DNA from: Octopus sinensis
Taxonomy: Eukaryota
Length of the DNA stretch: 64,000 nt
Reading direction: 5' to 3'
Assembly (NCBI RefSeq): GCF_006345805.1
Contig: NC_043001.1
Coordinates: forward strand, 34,348,001 to 34,412,000
The notes below the pieces were generated by a model. The model did no database searches. It was not told the origin of the DNA and was given only the letters and a program-made list of their open reading frames with translations. The translations under genes and the position numbers were made by a program. Shown here one piece after another: positions 26,095 to 39,629 of this stretch; the stretch's first letter is position 1; the number at the start of each line of letters is the position of its first letter.

Positions 26095-27477
26095 TATCAT
26101 TGTGTAAGGATGTGTAACTATAAAGAAGTACGAGTATATGAAGGTAATTATATTTCTGGAATGTTGACCAAATCTATTTAAGTAAAAAGGTTTTAAGCAA
26201 ATTGTCCTTCAGTCAAATGAACTTCAGTTCTTGGATATAAAGCAGCCGATATTCTTATTTTAAACACATCAACATATCCACTACCACGACGATCATCATA
26301 AACACGACAACGACAATGACGACGACGACCCTCCCCACTACCAAGACCACCACACCACCACTACCAAATCCACCACCTCCACTGCAATTTCCCCATCGAC
26401 ACCTCATTATCTCCCACTGTCACAGCCAAGACCACCATCACAACACCGCCATCACCACCACCACCACCGTCGCTGCCACCGCTACTGTCGCCCCACCCCC
26501 AACAACAGCAGCAATAACAACGACAGCAACAATAGCAAGCCGGACACTGCTACCATCATCAACAATGGTAACAACAGACCAAGACAATCCAAGCCGGCCC
26601 AACCCAGCCCTAATCCAAACAGGTCTTACCACCTCCGGCATCTGTTATAACAGATCTGTGCTTACTTCTAAGCTATTTAGCACTAGCTTATGATAGTGGC
26701 TGGGGCTACGTTTACGGTGGGCGTCTGGAGTTGTAAAAAAAAAAACCCAAAACAACAACAAAAAAAAAAACAGAACAAAGCCAATTTCTTGTAGGGCGGG
26801 GGTAGAACAAAAAAAAAAAGAGAAAAATATCCGTATTATTCTGGTGTTGACCGTAAGGTAAAGACATGGCACGATCTGTCGATGAAAGTCCATTTCATTG
26901 GCTCTAAGGATAAGATTAATTATACCAAGTCAAGACGTACTTGGAATGAGTAACGACAAAGATTTTTATTGACCTAGTGGCTGATTTTGCACATTTAATC
27001 GACGCTGGCAACTGAAATCTAATTTCTTACAGAACGAATTAATGTTACGAAGTTTAGAGGAGTTAGTTCGTTCTTCTTATGGATGTGAATACATAATGGA
27101 AAGTTTATTGAAATCTTCACAATCCTGGATAAGCTGACAGGCCAGGCTTTGTACAGCGTTCAACGTTAGACAGGCCGATGGTTTGGATAGCTGGGTTGAA
27201 TATTTCTTGTTGGCTAAATGGCAAAATAGTAAAATGGCTGAAATGGACGAAAGGGCTTGATGGTGAAATGGTATTCGTTAGCTCATGATAAATCCGCATC
27301 CGATTTTTATTCGAAATCTTTAAGCCTTTTGGTCAAACTAAATCGGTCCGACACGCTTAATGCAGTAGCACCACAGTCACCACCACCACCACCACCACCG
27401 CCGCCGCCACCACCACCACCACCATCACCACCACCACCAAGTGAGCCATTACCGTTATCATCACCAGCACCGACCTG

Positions 27478-27519
<42 letters not shown>

Positions 27520-27551
27520 GCTTGATGCTGCAACTACTACTGCTGCTGCTG

Positions 27552-27583
<32 letters not shown>

Positions 27584-27601
27584 GCCGCTGCTGCTGCTGC
27601 A

Positions 27602-27638
<37 letters not shown>

Positions 27639-28040
27639 TACTACTACTACTACTACTACACACACATACACATATACAGGGAGAGAGAGAGGAGAGAGAG
27701 ACATGTTCTGAGTGTATGTGCGTGCATGTCTGTGTTTGTGTGTACGTGCCTGTGTAGGCTGGACTTCCGTAGCGCTAAGCTACTACTAAGGCTTTGCTTT
27801 TATCAGGATCCTCATATTTTTATTACATCTGGATATCGCAAGAACTTATTTACATCGTATTAAATTTTGTGGATGATGAACTAAAGCGATGCCAAACCTG
27901 AGAGCAACAATAGAATCACATCTTCCATAATAATTCCATATAAGCTAAGTTTCTCGATCCAAAAGCGAATGTTTGAGGTCAAATTGTTGTGGCTGGTTCA
28001 TACATAAACACATTGTTAACTTTGCAATACAGTTCAACCA

Positions 28041-28117
<77 letters not shown>

Positions 28118-28254
28118 CATACATATATATACATATATATATATAATCAGAATAAGCAACAAGGATATCCAAGGTAGTGTAGTACAATTGTTTCATGCTA
28201 CTTCATTTTATTAAACACTGTAGGTATTCATCTGACTCTAAATTTTGCTGAACT

Positions 28255-28285
<31 letters not shown>

Positions 28286-28476
28286 GATGAGTATATTTTC
28301 CCCTTGTTAACAATTAACACGGACAAAATTGATAAATAGTTACCAGGGTAGCAAAAGATCACACAGGTAAAGAGGTTGTGATTCCTTCTTTTTAAAGGTA
28401 GAAACTTCGGGTTTACGTGGAATTTTTTGTATAATATATAAATAAATAAATGGAGTTCAACGCTGGTATAAATCAA

Positions 28477-28508
<32 letters not shown>

Positions 28509-28531
28509 GTGTGTGTGTGTAATTATATATT

Positions 28532-28620
<89 letters not shown>

Positions 28621-29029
28621 ATATCTATCTGTCTGTCTATCTATCTACATACGTATATATACATATCTGTAAGCATGGATACACGTGTATGTGTGTGCGC
28701 TTGCGCCTGTATGTTTAGGCGAAATGATAGACACATCGGCGCGAATATCGTTGATAAATTGGTATGCCTGAGAAAAATACTTTGTATTACACAGTTAACC
28801 TGTCACTTTTCCTCTAATAAATGCAATGAACTAACAATAGGCTCTTTCGGAACTTATAACCAACGACGCTAGTGTTCATAAACTTCACGATAAAATATAA
28901 AATACATAACACAATGGTGTCTACATTGTGTACTAAGAGCAAATGATCAAATATCGCACAGTACGTTACACACTGGGATGATGACGATGATATATATATA
29001 TACACTGTTCTTGAGGAGACCCTGTGCTT

Positions 29030-29338
29030 GAGGAGACCTATTGAGTCAAGTATATCAACATCAAAACCTCAAATGGAAATTGTAGTTGTGATACCTGTGC
29101 CGCTGGCACGCAAAATGCAGCATCCGAACGTGGCCGACGCCAGAGCCGCCTTGACTGGCTTCCGTGCCGCTGGCACGTAAAATGCACCCACTACACTCAC
29201 GGAGTGGTTGGCGTTAGGAAGGGCATCCAGCTGTAAAAACCCTGCCAGATCAGACTGGAGCCTGGTGCAGCCTCCTGGCTTCCCAGATCCCGGTCGAACT
29301 GTCGAACCCATGCTAGCATGGAAAACGGACGTTAAACA

Positions 29339-29370
<32 letters not shown>
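29030..29370 (+). mobile_element. SINE 3' part with RTE-like tail ending in (GAT)n
   Basis: gttggcgttaggaagggcatccagctgtaaaaacc...catgctagcatggaaaacggacgttaaac(aat)(gat)n. Confidence 0.7.
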
Positions 29371-29371
<1 letters not shown>

Positions 29372-29539
29372 CCGATTATTTTACTCCTGTCTCTTGGAAA
29401 ATAGACATCTACAATGCTGACTGTAAAACAGTTTTCAGCTTTGGTTACATAGAATTCTGTTGTGTTAGTTAAACTTGAACCCCTGTTTGTGTAATACCTT
29501 CATAACCAGTCCGATAACACGTCCTAGGGATGAATATCC

Positions 29540-29806
29540 TTTATCTTTTATCTTTCATTTGGTCCAGTCATTAGACTAAGGCCATTCTGGAGTACTGACT
29601 TGAAGAATTTTTAGTCGAATTGATCAACTCCAGTACTCAATTTTGTTATTTATTCTAGCGGTCACTTATGGAAAACCACTGAGTTACGAGGACGTAAACA
29701 CACCAATATCGGTTGTCAAGCGGTGATGAAGAGGGACATACAAACACTCACAACACATACATACATACATACATACTACATACATACATACATACATACA
29801 TACATA

Positions 29807-29843
<37 letters not shown>

Positions 29844-29992
29844 GCACATACGAAGGGTATTGTTTCAGTTTCCGTCTACCGATCCACTTACAAGGCTTTG
29901 GTCGGCAGAAGGCAATTGCCCAAGGTGGGACTGAACCCAGAACCATGTGACTGGGAAGCAAGCTCCTTACCACACAGCCACGCTGGCGCCTG
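29540..29992 (-). mobile_element. CORE-type SINE
   Basis: ttgcccaaggtgggactgaaccc...ccacacagccacgc. Confidence 0.85.
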
Positions 29993-31733
29993 TTGACTTC
30001 CCGTTACTAATTTATATTAATTGTGACTGCCAGTGACTTTCCTCTGTTATGAGTCATAGCGGCTGACACCGCTTATAACACCTTAGACCCACTTATTGAA
30101 CTTAGCAGTAAAATAACATTTGTTTATTTAGTTCGATTAAATTCCTTCTAGCAAGCGTCTTTTTTAATCAGTGAAGGATTGAATTACTTCGATGCAAAAT
30201 AGCCTAATTCATTCTGACATTAGCGTGTTTACGTCTTAATATATTCAGATAATTGATTTTCTTTTCTTTGAATAAGATTTACACAGTTTATGATTGAATT
30301 TATAAGTTTAATAAAGATATTGTTTATATTTACGATTTCTAATGTAAACATTTTAATTTGTTTTTGAAGACTTTTTGTTTCTATCATAGTGCCTTGTTAC
30401 GTTACTTTTAAGTGGTATTTCAAGGGTATTTCAAGTTTGTTTCGAGTATAGCATTGATTTTTGAGTAAAAGGTTTCTTTGATTCAACCGTTAAAAAAAAC
30501 AGCCATTTATCGAACATGCATTGTTTTTAGATGGGCGCCATTTTGAGTGTACACACGTAGATTTACGTATATATATATGAATTTGTTTACATACGTCTTC
30601 TCCTTTGTATGTATGTACAAATTGTCTAGTAAAAACATTTTGGTTTGTCTACATCATTTATAATATTCAAAACACCAAGCCATTTTGTAAATGAAATTCC
30701 ATATATAGATCAATGTTAGATTTTATAGAAGAAAAAAAAGACAAGCAAACAAGACAAAACTGATTCGATGTCTATTTTTTTAAAGCATTTATTCTTCTAC
30801 TTGTAAATCATTGTGCTGAAATATTTGCTTTTAATCATACATATTTTTTTCTTAGTTCTGAACAAAATTTCCAGACAGTAACTTATTGTCGATATTAAAA
30901 ACTAAAATCTATAGAAATACAAAATACATTGGTAGATACTCATAAATGTACTTTACATAGATTTATATCAACATTACCGAGGAAACTTCTAAGCTATAAG
31001 TTTGAAAGAGATTGCAACGCAGTTTCGAATGCAGTTTCATTCCCCGAAGACCTTACTGTCTAGGAGAACGGTGCGTATATCAGACAAATAGTATTAGGCC
31101 TTAGGATGAAGGGATTATTGGTAGAAAATTTAGGCTCTTAGCCATTTGTTTATGCAATATTCTTTTGATTGCCAGAAGAAGAGAAATGATAACAAATGCT
31201 TTCTAAAGAACGTTGTCTTAATTTCAGGTTTGTCTGTCTGTCTGACTGCCTGTCTGTCTGACTGTCTATCTAGCTAGCTATATATATATGTATATAAAAG
31301 ATAAATGCCTGAAAAACTACTTAGCAATACAAATTAGACAACAGACAAAAATGTTAGATTGTGTTGTCAAAGAATGAAATCAAAGACAAACGAAATAGTG
31401 TTACATTATATAGGTTGTTTAATTGGTTCTATAATATTTCGTGAAATATCACCCGTTTCTAAAAAAGAAGGAACAAATTAGTAATTGAGAAATGTTATCG
31501 CCTGCTATCCCAATCTGTCTGTATGCGTCTTTTCACGCTTTCTCTCTCTCTACTCTATATTTCTTTTATATTCATATACGTAAATACATACCTGCATACA
31601 TACCCATACCTCTCTCTCACAACACACGCACATGTATGCACATATATATGTATATATATATATAAATTACTCTACCACTGGTATTTGAGTACTCTTTTTT
31701 CCACCTTTTTTCACATTTATGTGTTTACTCCGG

Positions 31734-31767
<34 letters not shown>

Positions 31768-31774
31768 ATATATA

Positions 31775-32247
31775 CTAAGCAATAAAGGGTTTAGCAACGA
31801 ATTGCCTTACCACATACCGAATTTAGAAATAGCAGTCAAAGGGTTATAGCTATTTCTTCTACTAAAAAGGGAGATCTCAGTAAAAACAGCAATTGGAAGG
31901 CAGACACAAACAGGTAAGAGAGAATGAATTGACTGCAATCTATCATACATTTTTAAGTTATCTACGGACGTACGCTTCGAAATCAACTTGCGTCCCCTAC
32001 ACAGTTTGTGTTTTGTGTTCCTGATTCTCGACCCCATGTCGAATTTATCGATTTTTTTCAGAACTGGGGGAACTTTTCAAAATTTTCGCTGCGTTAGTTT
32101 TGAATTATGACATTGGGCTATGTGTGTGTCGAGTTTCATCAGAATCGGTTGAAAGCCGTGGTCAGGGTGAGGGTACAAGCAAACAGACACACAGAAACAC
32201 GCACAGACAAACTGCCGTTTATATATATATATATATATATATAAGGA
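31775..32247 (-). mobile_element. Possible Helitron/DINE-like non-autonomous element
   Basis: gagtttcatcagaatcgg...acaaactgccgtttata(ta)n-aggat resembles the 5' end of such elements; 3' hairpin not clear. Confidence 0.4.
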
Positions 32248-32336
32248 TAATATCGATATTTAAATATCGATATTATCAAGTGGCCAGCATGGGAATAAAT
32301 ACCATACAAAGGTAATATTTTTTTACAACTATAAAT

Positions 32337-32715
32337 AAGGGTATCTGAGAGACACCACCATGCCGAAATAGCAGTCAAATCCCTGATTCTAAAAACCATA
32401 TCGCACCATGAGATAAGACAGAGAGACAAAATAAACTGGCAAAAAGATATTACTGAATAATTCAAGATCCTGGATTTCTAGCTTTGCTTCAAATAAGCTC
32501 TGCCTTCGTCAGTTGAATATATCAGATGGGCACATAAATACAGAGCTTATTTGAAGCAAAGCTAGAAATCAAGGATCTTGAATTATTCAGTAATATCTTT
32601 TTGCCAGTTTATTTGTCTCAGTCATATCTCATGGTGCGATATGAACATTTAAGATGGTTTTTAGAGTCAGGGATTTGACTGCTATTTCGGCATGGTGATG
32701 TCTCTCAGATACCCT

Positions 32716-32716
<1 letters not shown>
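32337..32716. repeat. Fold-back inverted repeat with arms of about 166 and 176 bp and a 38-bp spacer
   Basis: 32337-32502 is the reverse complement of 32541-32716; right arm has a 13-bp insertion. Confidence 0.92.
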
Positions 32717-32767
<51 letters not shown>

Positions 32768-32769
<2 letters not shown>

Positions 32770-33510
32770 AGTTAAACGCAGATGTTATTCAAATTCTTTT
32801 ACATCCGAAACATGTTTCGAAAATATCATTGGTGTTATTCCAAGGGAATAAAATGGTGTAAAACAATGTAATCTTCTCTTCAGGGAAATGAAGAAATGAA
32901 ACTCGTCAATAAAACATTTTAACAGAAAATGATGGATATGTATAGTGATTAACTGAACGGTATTAAGTTTGTTTTAAAAAAAAGTTATAGGATATAACGT
33001 CAAAGGTAGCCTATAGAAAGAGGAGGGATAAAGAAAAGAAAAATCTAGTAAATGAGAAGTATATAACTATATGTATATCAATTAAAATCATATAGACCTT
33101 CTAAGCGTGGAAAGACAAATAAGCGTTCATGGAATATGGTTGAATGGGGTAGTATAGCTTGAGGGTTTTATCACTGGAGGCCTTAATGGATTTCAGAGTT
33201 GTTGCAAAAAAACGGAAGGAAACTGACAGGAGAAGGACTTAAGAGCCTGTCTTGTTTTAGTTACTGTGTATTTTCTGAGTTTTTCACCCGTGAGTTTCGT
33301 TCCAACTCTTTGCGTTCGGATGGTTATGACTGCGGCAACACTGGTATCAGAAAGTATTGGCTTCCTTGGTGAGCACCTATGACAAGAAGATGGGTGATGG
33401 AACTTGCATGAATGGGCGACAGATTATCTTAGGCCGGGGCCTTCGAGATGCTTTTTCTAGATATTGATTCTGAGTCTCACAAGACTTACAGGAGCCCGAA
33501 GATACATACA
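32768..33510 (-). mobile_element. PLE 3' end with degenerate hammerhead-like motif
   Basis: Minus strand CTGAAGA (32883-32877), long stem II, then GAAACATGTTTC; upstream RKELER-like remnant. Confidence 0.55.
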
Positions 33511-34006
33511 GGATATATATTTAAATAGATTTGTGCGGTCTGCAACATAAAAATACATATACACATATACACATCTTCAATGCACTGCTTTCTCTCTCGT
33601 CTTGTATATATAAAATAAACATCTGCCATTTACTGACGTTTCACAGCATGCTACGTGTCGACTCTTCCCAATCTCAAATATCGGTTTCGTTTTTACAAAA
33701 AAGGGAAAAAAAAATTTATGATTTTTGCTTGAAACTATACTAACGTTTTGCGTATTTCAGAATGACATGATTTCATTCCGTTACATTTTAAGTATTTTCT
33801 GCTGCCAATAAATATATCTAACTATGTCGACAGTCTGGATTTCTTTCTATTAAATCGTTTCTGCCTCATCTTCATTCAAGTATCAACATATTCCATTTCT
33901 TTTGTATCCTATATTCGAATGTCATAAACTGTCCCCGTTCGCTAAATACTTCAGCTTGCCTTTATCAGTGCTTGTCAATCATCACTTAACTTTTCCTATG
34001 ACTTCA

Positions 34007-34061
<55 letters not shown>

Positions 34062-34466
34062 TGTACTTTGATAGAAAATATAGATCCAATCATGCTGTGA
34101 ACCAGTTTCACTATTGGCATATTTATAAATAAAATACAGAATTTTAAACTAAAACACTACAATGTTAAACTTTGTGACGATGTGTTTTGCAGTTTTAGAC
34201 TTGCATGCTACTGCCAAGTGAGATTCCAAATCCTTGATGATTCAGTATATTACAGGATAGCCCCAGGGAGAATAAACAGTACACTTCCCCCGTTGCTCAT
34301 TGCATATGTATGGATATGTGTGTGTATGTATGTATGTATGTATGTATGTATGTATGTATGTATGTATGTATGTATGTATGTATGTATGCATGCATGCATG
34401 CATGCATGTATGTATTTATGTATGTATGTATGTATGTGTGTATGTATGTATGTATGCATATATATA

Positions 34467-34543
<77 letters not shown>

Positions 34544-34909
34544 TGACTTTAGGTTAGTTGAAATGTGTTTGTGACACATTTTAACTTCTAAAGGCAATTC
34601 TACTGCAATAACCGTGAAGAAAAGTTCTCTCTTATGGTAGAAGGTGTAAAAGACGTCATACCTGCCCAGTGCTTCCCCTATTGGATTCGCAGATGGGAGC
34701 GTTTCCACTTTTTCTATCCAAAGGACTTTTTAACATGGTATTGTTTATAGCTTTATCTGCTTTCAGTTCAACCGTTGAAAATGATGTGTACATGAATGCA
34801 TAAATGCACACACACACACGCACGCACACACTCTCTCTCTCGCACACACGCACGCACACATACGCACACACACTTACTTATACGCATATACACACATGCA
34901 TACATATGC

Positions 34910-34940
<31 letters not shown>

Positions 34941-35810
34941 TAAACTGAGAGATTGAAGGATAGATAGATAAATAGATTAATAGATAGATGGATAGATAGA
35001 TAGATGGATAGATAGATAGATTGATAGATAGATAAATAGAAGTAGCTTGAGTGTATGTTAGGATCCAGTCAACATGTTTTAACTGATACAAACTGGAACA
35101 AATACACAATAAATGAGCCGTGTATTCTTAGGGGATTTCACAGTTATGACAATCCTCTATGTAAAAGAAATAAAAATGAATTGAAAAGTATTATTCCACA
35201 GAAAATCTATGGTAAATAAGTTTATTCCATGACTATGCATAGTTTTCTTGTCTGATTGATGTATTGGACTTCTAAGAGAACAATGCCATCTCGCCTGCTT
35301 TGTATAGTGGTAGAAGTAAGCATAACGCAATCACCAGTCGCACGAGAAAAGACAACTAATTAAACGTTAAACGAGGTGAGTTTGGAAACAGTTCCTCTTA
35401 GGCAGCTAATTTAATGCTTCTAACGTATTCATAAGACATAGTGATAAACTAGCAAGCTCGCTAGCTCTGCTGCTCCATGGAAACATTTATACAGCTGATT
35501 AGCTGCCGTTGATCTCAAAATGGCAAATGAAGAGACACTGATGAATTTGCAACGCATTGATCTTATGTATGTGGTTTGTTAAATGTGACTCAGAGTATCG
35601 TCAAAGTGAAATGTTGCCTTACAGAAAGTAAGTGTTAACAACCGAGTGTTGCAACATATATTGTGTAGTTACTATATTTGATATAGTCTGTAGAAATAAA
35701 TATATAAATAAATAAATAAATAAATAAATGAACATCATATAATGTTACGTTTATGTATTTGTTTTGTATGATTCCTGATGTGAAATCATGTGTTGAAACA
35801 AATATTGTTA

Positions 35811-36110
35811 CGAGGGTGAGTCAAAAAGTAATGCCATTTTGTTTAGGACAGGTATAACTAGCAACACAGGAACATGTATCTTAAATCAAAATGAAGCTGG
35901 TCCTCTGTGGATCACATCCTTACTTCTCAACATAGTCACCGTTTCTCTCAATAGCAATGTTCCTCCTTCGAATGAGAGCACCTATCCCTGCCCTGTAAAA
36001 TTCTGTTGACTGTTCTTTGAGCCACTTCTTCACTAATTTTCACTTCCTCGTCACTGGGCTATCATCGTCAATGGACTATCATCTCTTCGGTTTGAGAGGC
36101 AAACATTATT
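35811..36110 (-). mobile_element. Mariner 3' fragment
   Basis: TA|cgagggtgagtcaaaaagtaatgcc TIR; frameshifted minus-strand DEEVK...WLKEQSTEFYRAGI-like C-terminus. Confidence 0.8.
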
Positions 36111-36219
36111 CCAGTAACGAGGACGGTCGTATATTTCGAGACGGTCACTTTTTCTTTTTTTTTGCTAAATAGAGAAACGCGCTATGCATTCGGTCTTCAC
36201 TTCATATTTATCATTGTCC

Positions 36220-36355
36220 TTATTTTAGTGTCTTTTGTCTGAAATCTTTCATCACACATCCTTTAACATCTTCAGCGATTCTCCAGAACAGGATTGTCAG
36301 TGAAGAGATCACAGGATATGTGACGAAAGATTTCAAACAAAGAGTACTAAAATAA
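36220..36355. repeat. Short imperfect palindrome of two degenerate hammerhead-bearing termini
   Basis: 36220-36262 versus reverse complement of 36313-36355 match at 36 of 43 positions; cores GTGAAGA...GAAA (plus) and CTGAAGA...GAAA (minus). Confidence 0.7.
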
Positions 36356-36543
36356 AAAAATAATAATAAGGGAAGAACGATTATATAGTGTATATGTTTA
36401 TTTGGCAAAGGAACAAAAAAAGCAAAACAAAACAAAATGGCCATCACGAAATATAAAAACAATATATGATGGCGGACGTAACAGAAGAACAGACAATATA
36501 GGAGATTATATAAGACATTACATATTTGCATAATCACTAGCTG

Positions 36544-36615
36544 AGCAGAGTGGCACAGTGGAGAAGTGCTGGGCATATAAGCAGGCGGTCCGTAGATAGA
36601 AAGTACCTTCGGTCA
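36544..36615 (+). pseudogene. Initiator tRNA-Met pseudogene
   Basis: agcagagtggcacagtggagaagtgctgggcatataagcaggcggtccgtagatagaaagtaccttcggtca aligns end to end with animal tRNA-iMet (AGCAGAGTGGCGCAG...CTGGGCCCATAACCCAG...GATCGAAA); stems broken, anticodon loop CATATAA. Confidence 0.8.
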
Positions 36616-37127
36616 AGACATTGTTACTCTTTTAGATGCTCGTACATGGCAATTGAGTCGTCTACATATATACTAATCATATACAAAGTGGCCACGAAGT
36701 TATGAACCACAGGAGACATCAGGTATGCTTTATAGCAATGAAGTGTGTAATCTATTACAAATGTTCAATATCTGCCTCCATCCAATGAGAATTGGTTTGT
36801 GAGTAATATCGGCAGTTTTGACCAGGGTACGCCAAAATCCAAATAGCCTAGTGGTTAGACACGACAACAACATAGCTACATTTCGCTTAAAATACAGGGT
36901 TAATAAATTCACAAAGAACCAAGAGCGTTGTATATAATGCATGTATACACATCATGATTCATGCATGACCTATATAAATGAATTATTCAACGCTTTTAGA
37001 AACTATGGCAACAGTCTATCAAATAGAAATTGAAAAACCATAGTTATTGCATACAAAACAGAAATTGTAGACATCTTACTAATTGTGGGATTATACATAA
37101 TTTTAACAAGATGCGTGAGTTCTAAGA

Positions 37128-37510
37128 CGGCCAGCTGGCAGAAACGTTAGCGAAATGCTTAGCGGTATTTCGTCTGCCGTTATTTTCTGAGTTCAAATTC
37201 CGCCGAGGTCGACTGTGCCTTTCATCCTTTCGGGGTCGATTAAATAAGTACCAGTTACGCACTGGGGTTGATATAATCAACTTAATCCGTTTGTCTGCCC
37301 TTGTTTGTCCTCTGTCTTTAGCCCCTTGTGGGTAGTAAAGAAATAGGTATTTCGTCTGTCTTTACATTCGGAGTTGAAATTCCGCCGAGGTCGACTTTGC
37401 CTTTCAACATTCCGGGGTCGATAAATTAAATACCAGTTGCGTACTGGGGTCGACCTAATCGACTGAATCACCCTCCCCAAAAATGTCGGCCCTTGTGCCT
37501 CGAGTAGAAA
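37128..37510 (+). mobile_element. Meta-type SINE dimer
   Basis: Full copy followed directly by a second partial unit after aaagaaataggtatttcgtc. Confidence 0.88.
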
Positions 37511-37703
37511 AGATTATGTGTGATCCTTTCTCTCTAGCTTTCTGTCTTCCCCTCTCTCCCTTTCTTTCTCTACCTTCCTTTTATTGTCCACACATTGACA
37601 AACACACATATACTTTTACTCCCATACGCACACAAGTACACACACACACATATATATATGTGCATATGTATATACATATATACATACACATACATGTATA
37701 TAC

Positions 37704-37763
<60 letters not shown>

Positions 37764-38118
37764 ATATAGATATTTTTATATACATATTTACACAGTCACA
37801 CGTACACATATACATATGTATGTATATATCATCGATATTTCTCCATTTTCTACCGTTAAATTTTGAGTCTTGATAAACCCATGTTTATCCTTGTCTTATG
37901 AATATAATATGCTTGCATATGTATGCCCATGGTTAAACATAGGTAATATCCCGGTAGTGTAATGGATACTTCTATCCCTTAGACGTTTATTTTAACTTCT
38001 AACTCAGTTAACCTATATATATATATACACCCTAATATCTATGTTCAGATATATGGATACGCAAGTACATATCTGCATATATAAATCTCTCTTTCTCTGT
38101 GTACACATACAAGCATAC

Positions 38119-38161
<43 letters not shown>

Positions 38162-38167
<6 letters not shown>

Positions 38168-38284
38168 CGTGATCATCGTGACCGACCAGGCTATCAGATG
38201 TTGCTACACATCGCTGGCCACAATGCGCCTCGCATTGTTTTAGCCTTCAAATGACGCCACTCCGCTGGCTAAGCGACCAGGCCA

Positions 38285-38360
<76 letters not shown>

Positions 38361-38502
38361 ATGTGTTTGTGTGTCTGTGTTTGTCCCCCAACATCGTTTG
38401 ACAACCGATGCTGGTGGGTTTACGTCCCCGTAACTTAGCTATTCGGCAAAAGAGACCGATAGAATAAGTACTAGGCGTACCCGGGTTCGATTTGGACGAC
38501 TA
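38162..38502. mobile_element. SINE 3' tail (minus, 38162-38285) and CORE-SINE 3' half (plus, 38298-38502)
   Basis: First part matches the tail at 60923-61020; second matches other CORE-SINE tails. Confidence 0.75.
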
Positions 38503-38513
38503 AAGTATATATA

Positions 38514-38569
<56 letters not shown>

Positions 38570-39391
38570 GCTTGTGTATATGCTAATATATCTATGTTCA
38601 GATATGCATGTACATATCTGCATATATAAATCTCTCTCTCTCTGTACACACACACACACACACATATATATATAACCTAGGAAGTGTGCATCGTAGTTGA
38701 TAGCATTGTAATTGTAAAGTCTTTTAGAAGTCACTCTAAGCAGAAGACGTCACGCAAAACACAAGTTAAAATTCCAATCTGTTTCACTAAGTGTCTATTT
38801 TCGAAGTAAACACAAGTATTTGTAAAATATTTAACAGATCTAATTGAAGCCTTAGATGTGTAACCTGCAATAATAAAGTCATGCAGTATCATTAGCTCAT
38901 AACGTATGTCTTTAACCTGTCAAAACAAGCCTCTGGGTCAATACTTTACGTTCCTTTCATCTACGCTATCAAAATAACATAATGAGAAAACGAGCAAATG
39001 GGGGAGAACTCCTACGTGGTTAATCAGCATGCTAAAAATAACAACGAAATCTCCTTAATATTACTCTAACTGACATCTTATAGAAAGGTTCGAGCGGCCA
39101 TGGCGGCTACTTTGCGTTTTCTGGTTCAGTGCCATTGCGCGGTCGCATCTTGGGTGAGTTTGTTCTTCTATAGCCACAGACCGACCAGTTTGGCAGATGG
39201 AATCTGAAAGAAGTCCGTTGTATGTATGTATGTATGTATGTATGTATGTATGTATGTATGTATGTGTGTGTGTGTATGTATGTATGTAGTATGTATTATG
39301 TATGTAGGTATATATATATATATATGTCTGTGTATGTATATGTATATGTATAAGTATATATATATGTATGTATATATATATATATCTATAT

Positions 39392-39484
<93 letters not shown>

Positions 39485-39485
<1 letters not shown>

Positions 39486-39585
39486 GAGGGGTGTATGAAA
39501 ATGTTTAGATTTCAAGCCTTTGAGACTTGAAGTCTTGTACCATGATTTGTTTTTTCGAGGTTCAAGACTCTTCATACACCCCTCG
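39485..39585. mobile_element. 101-bp mariner-type MITE within (TA)n
   Basis: Perfect 15-bp TIRs cgaggggtgtatgaa / ttcatacacccctcg flanked by TA. Confidence 0.9.
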
Positions 39586-39629
39586 TATATATATATATAT
39601 ATACTTACATATATGCATTATATATATAT

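Noticed and set aside
26775-27140. CCAAT plus GC box and a good acceptor at 27031 leading to NELMLRSLEELVRSSYGCEYIMESLL...*
   Set aside because: Short, no homology recognised, cannot be linked to other exons without RNA data
30530-30546. YY1-like gcgccatttt motif
   Set aside because: Single short motif with no other promoter evidence; the minus-strand ATG closes after four codons
32345-32385. ctgagaga...cgaaatagcagtc as a hammerhead in the fold-back arm
   Set aside because: Core is one base short and there is no stem II or III pairing
34656-34760. Minus-strand open frame ending at strong donor CAG|gtatga
   Set aside because: No convincing acceptor and no recognised product
35519-35633. caaaATGGCA start and a possible 3-nt microexon (ttacag|AAA|gtaagt)
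   Set aside because: Motifs of this size arise by chance in 64 kb; no supporting gene model
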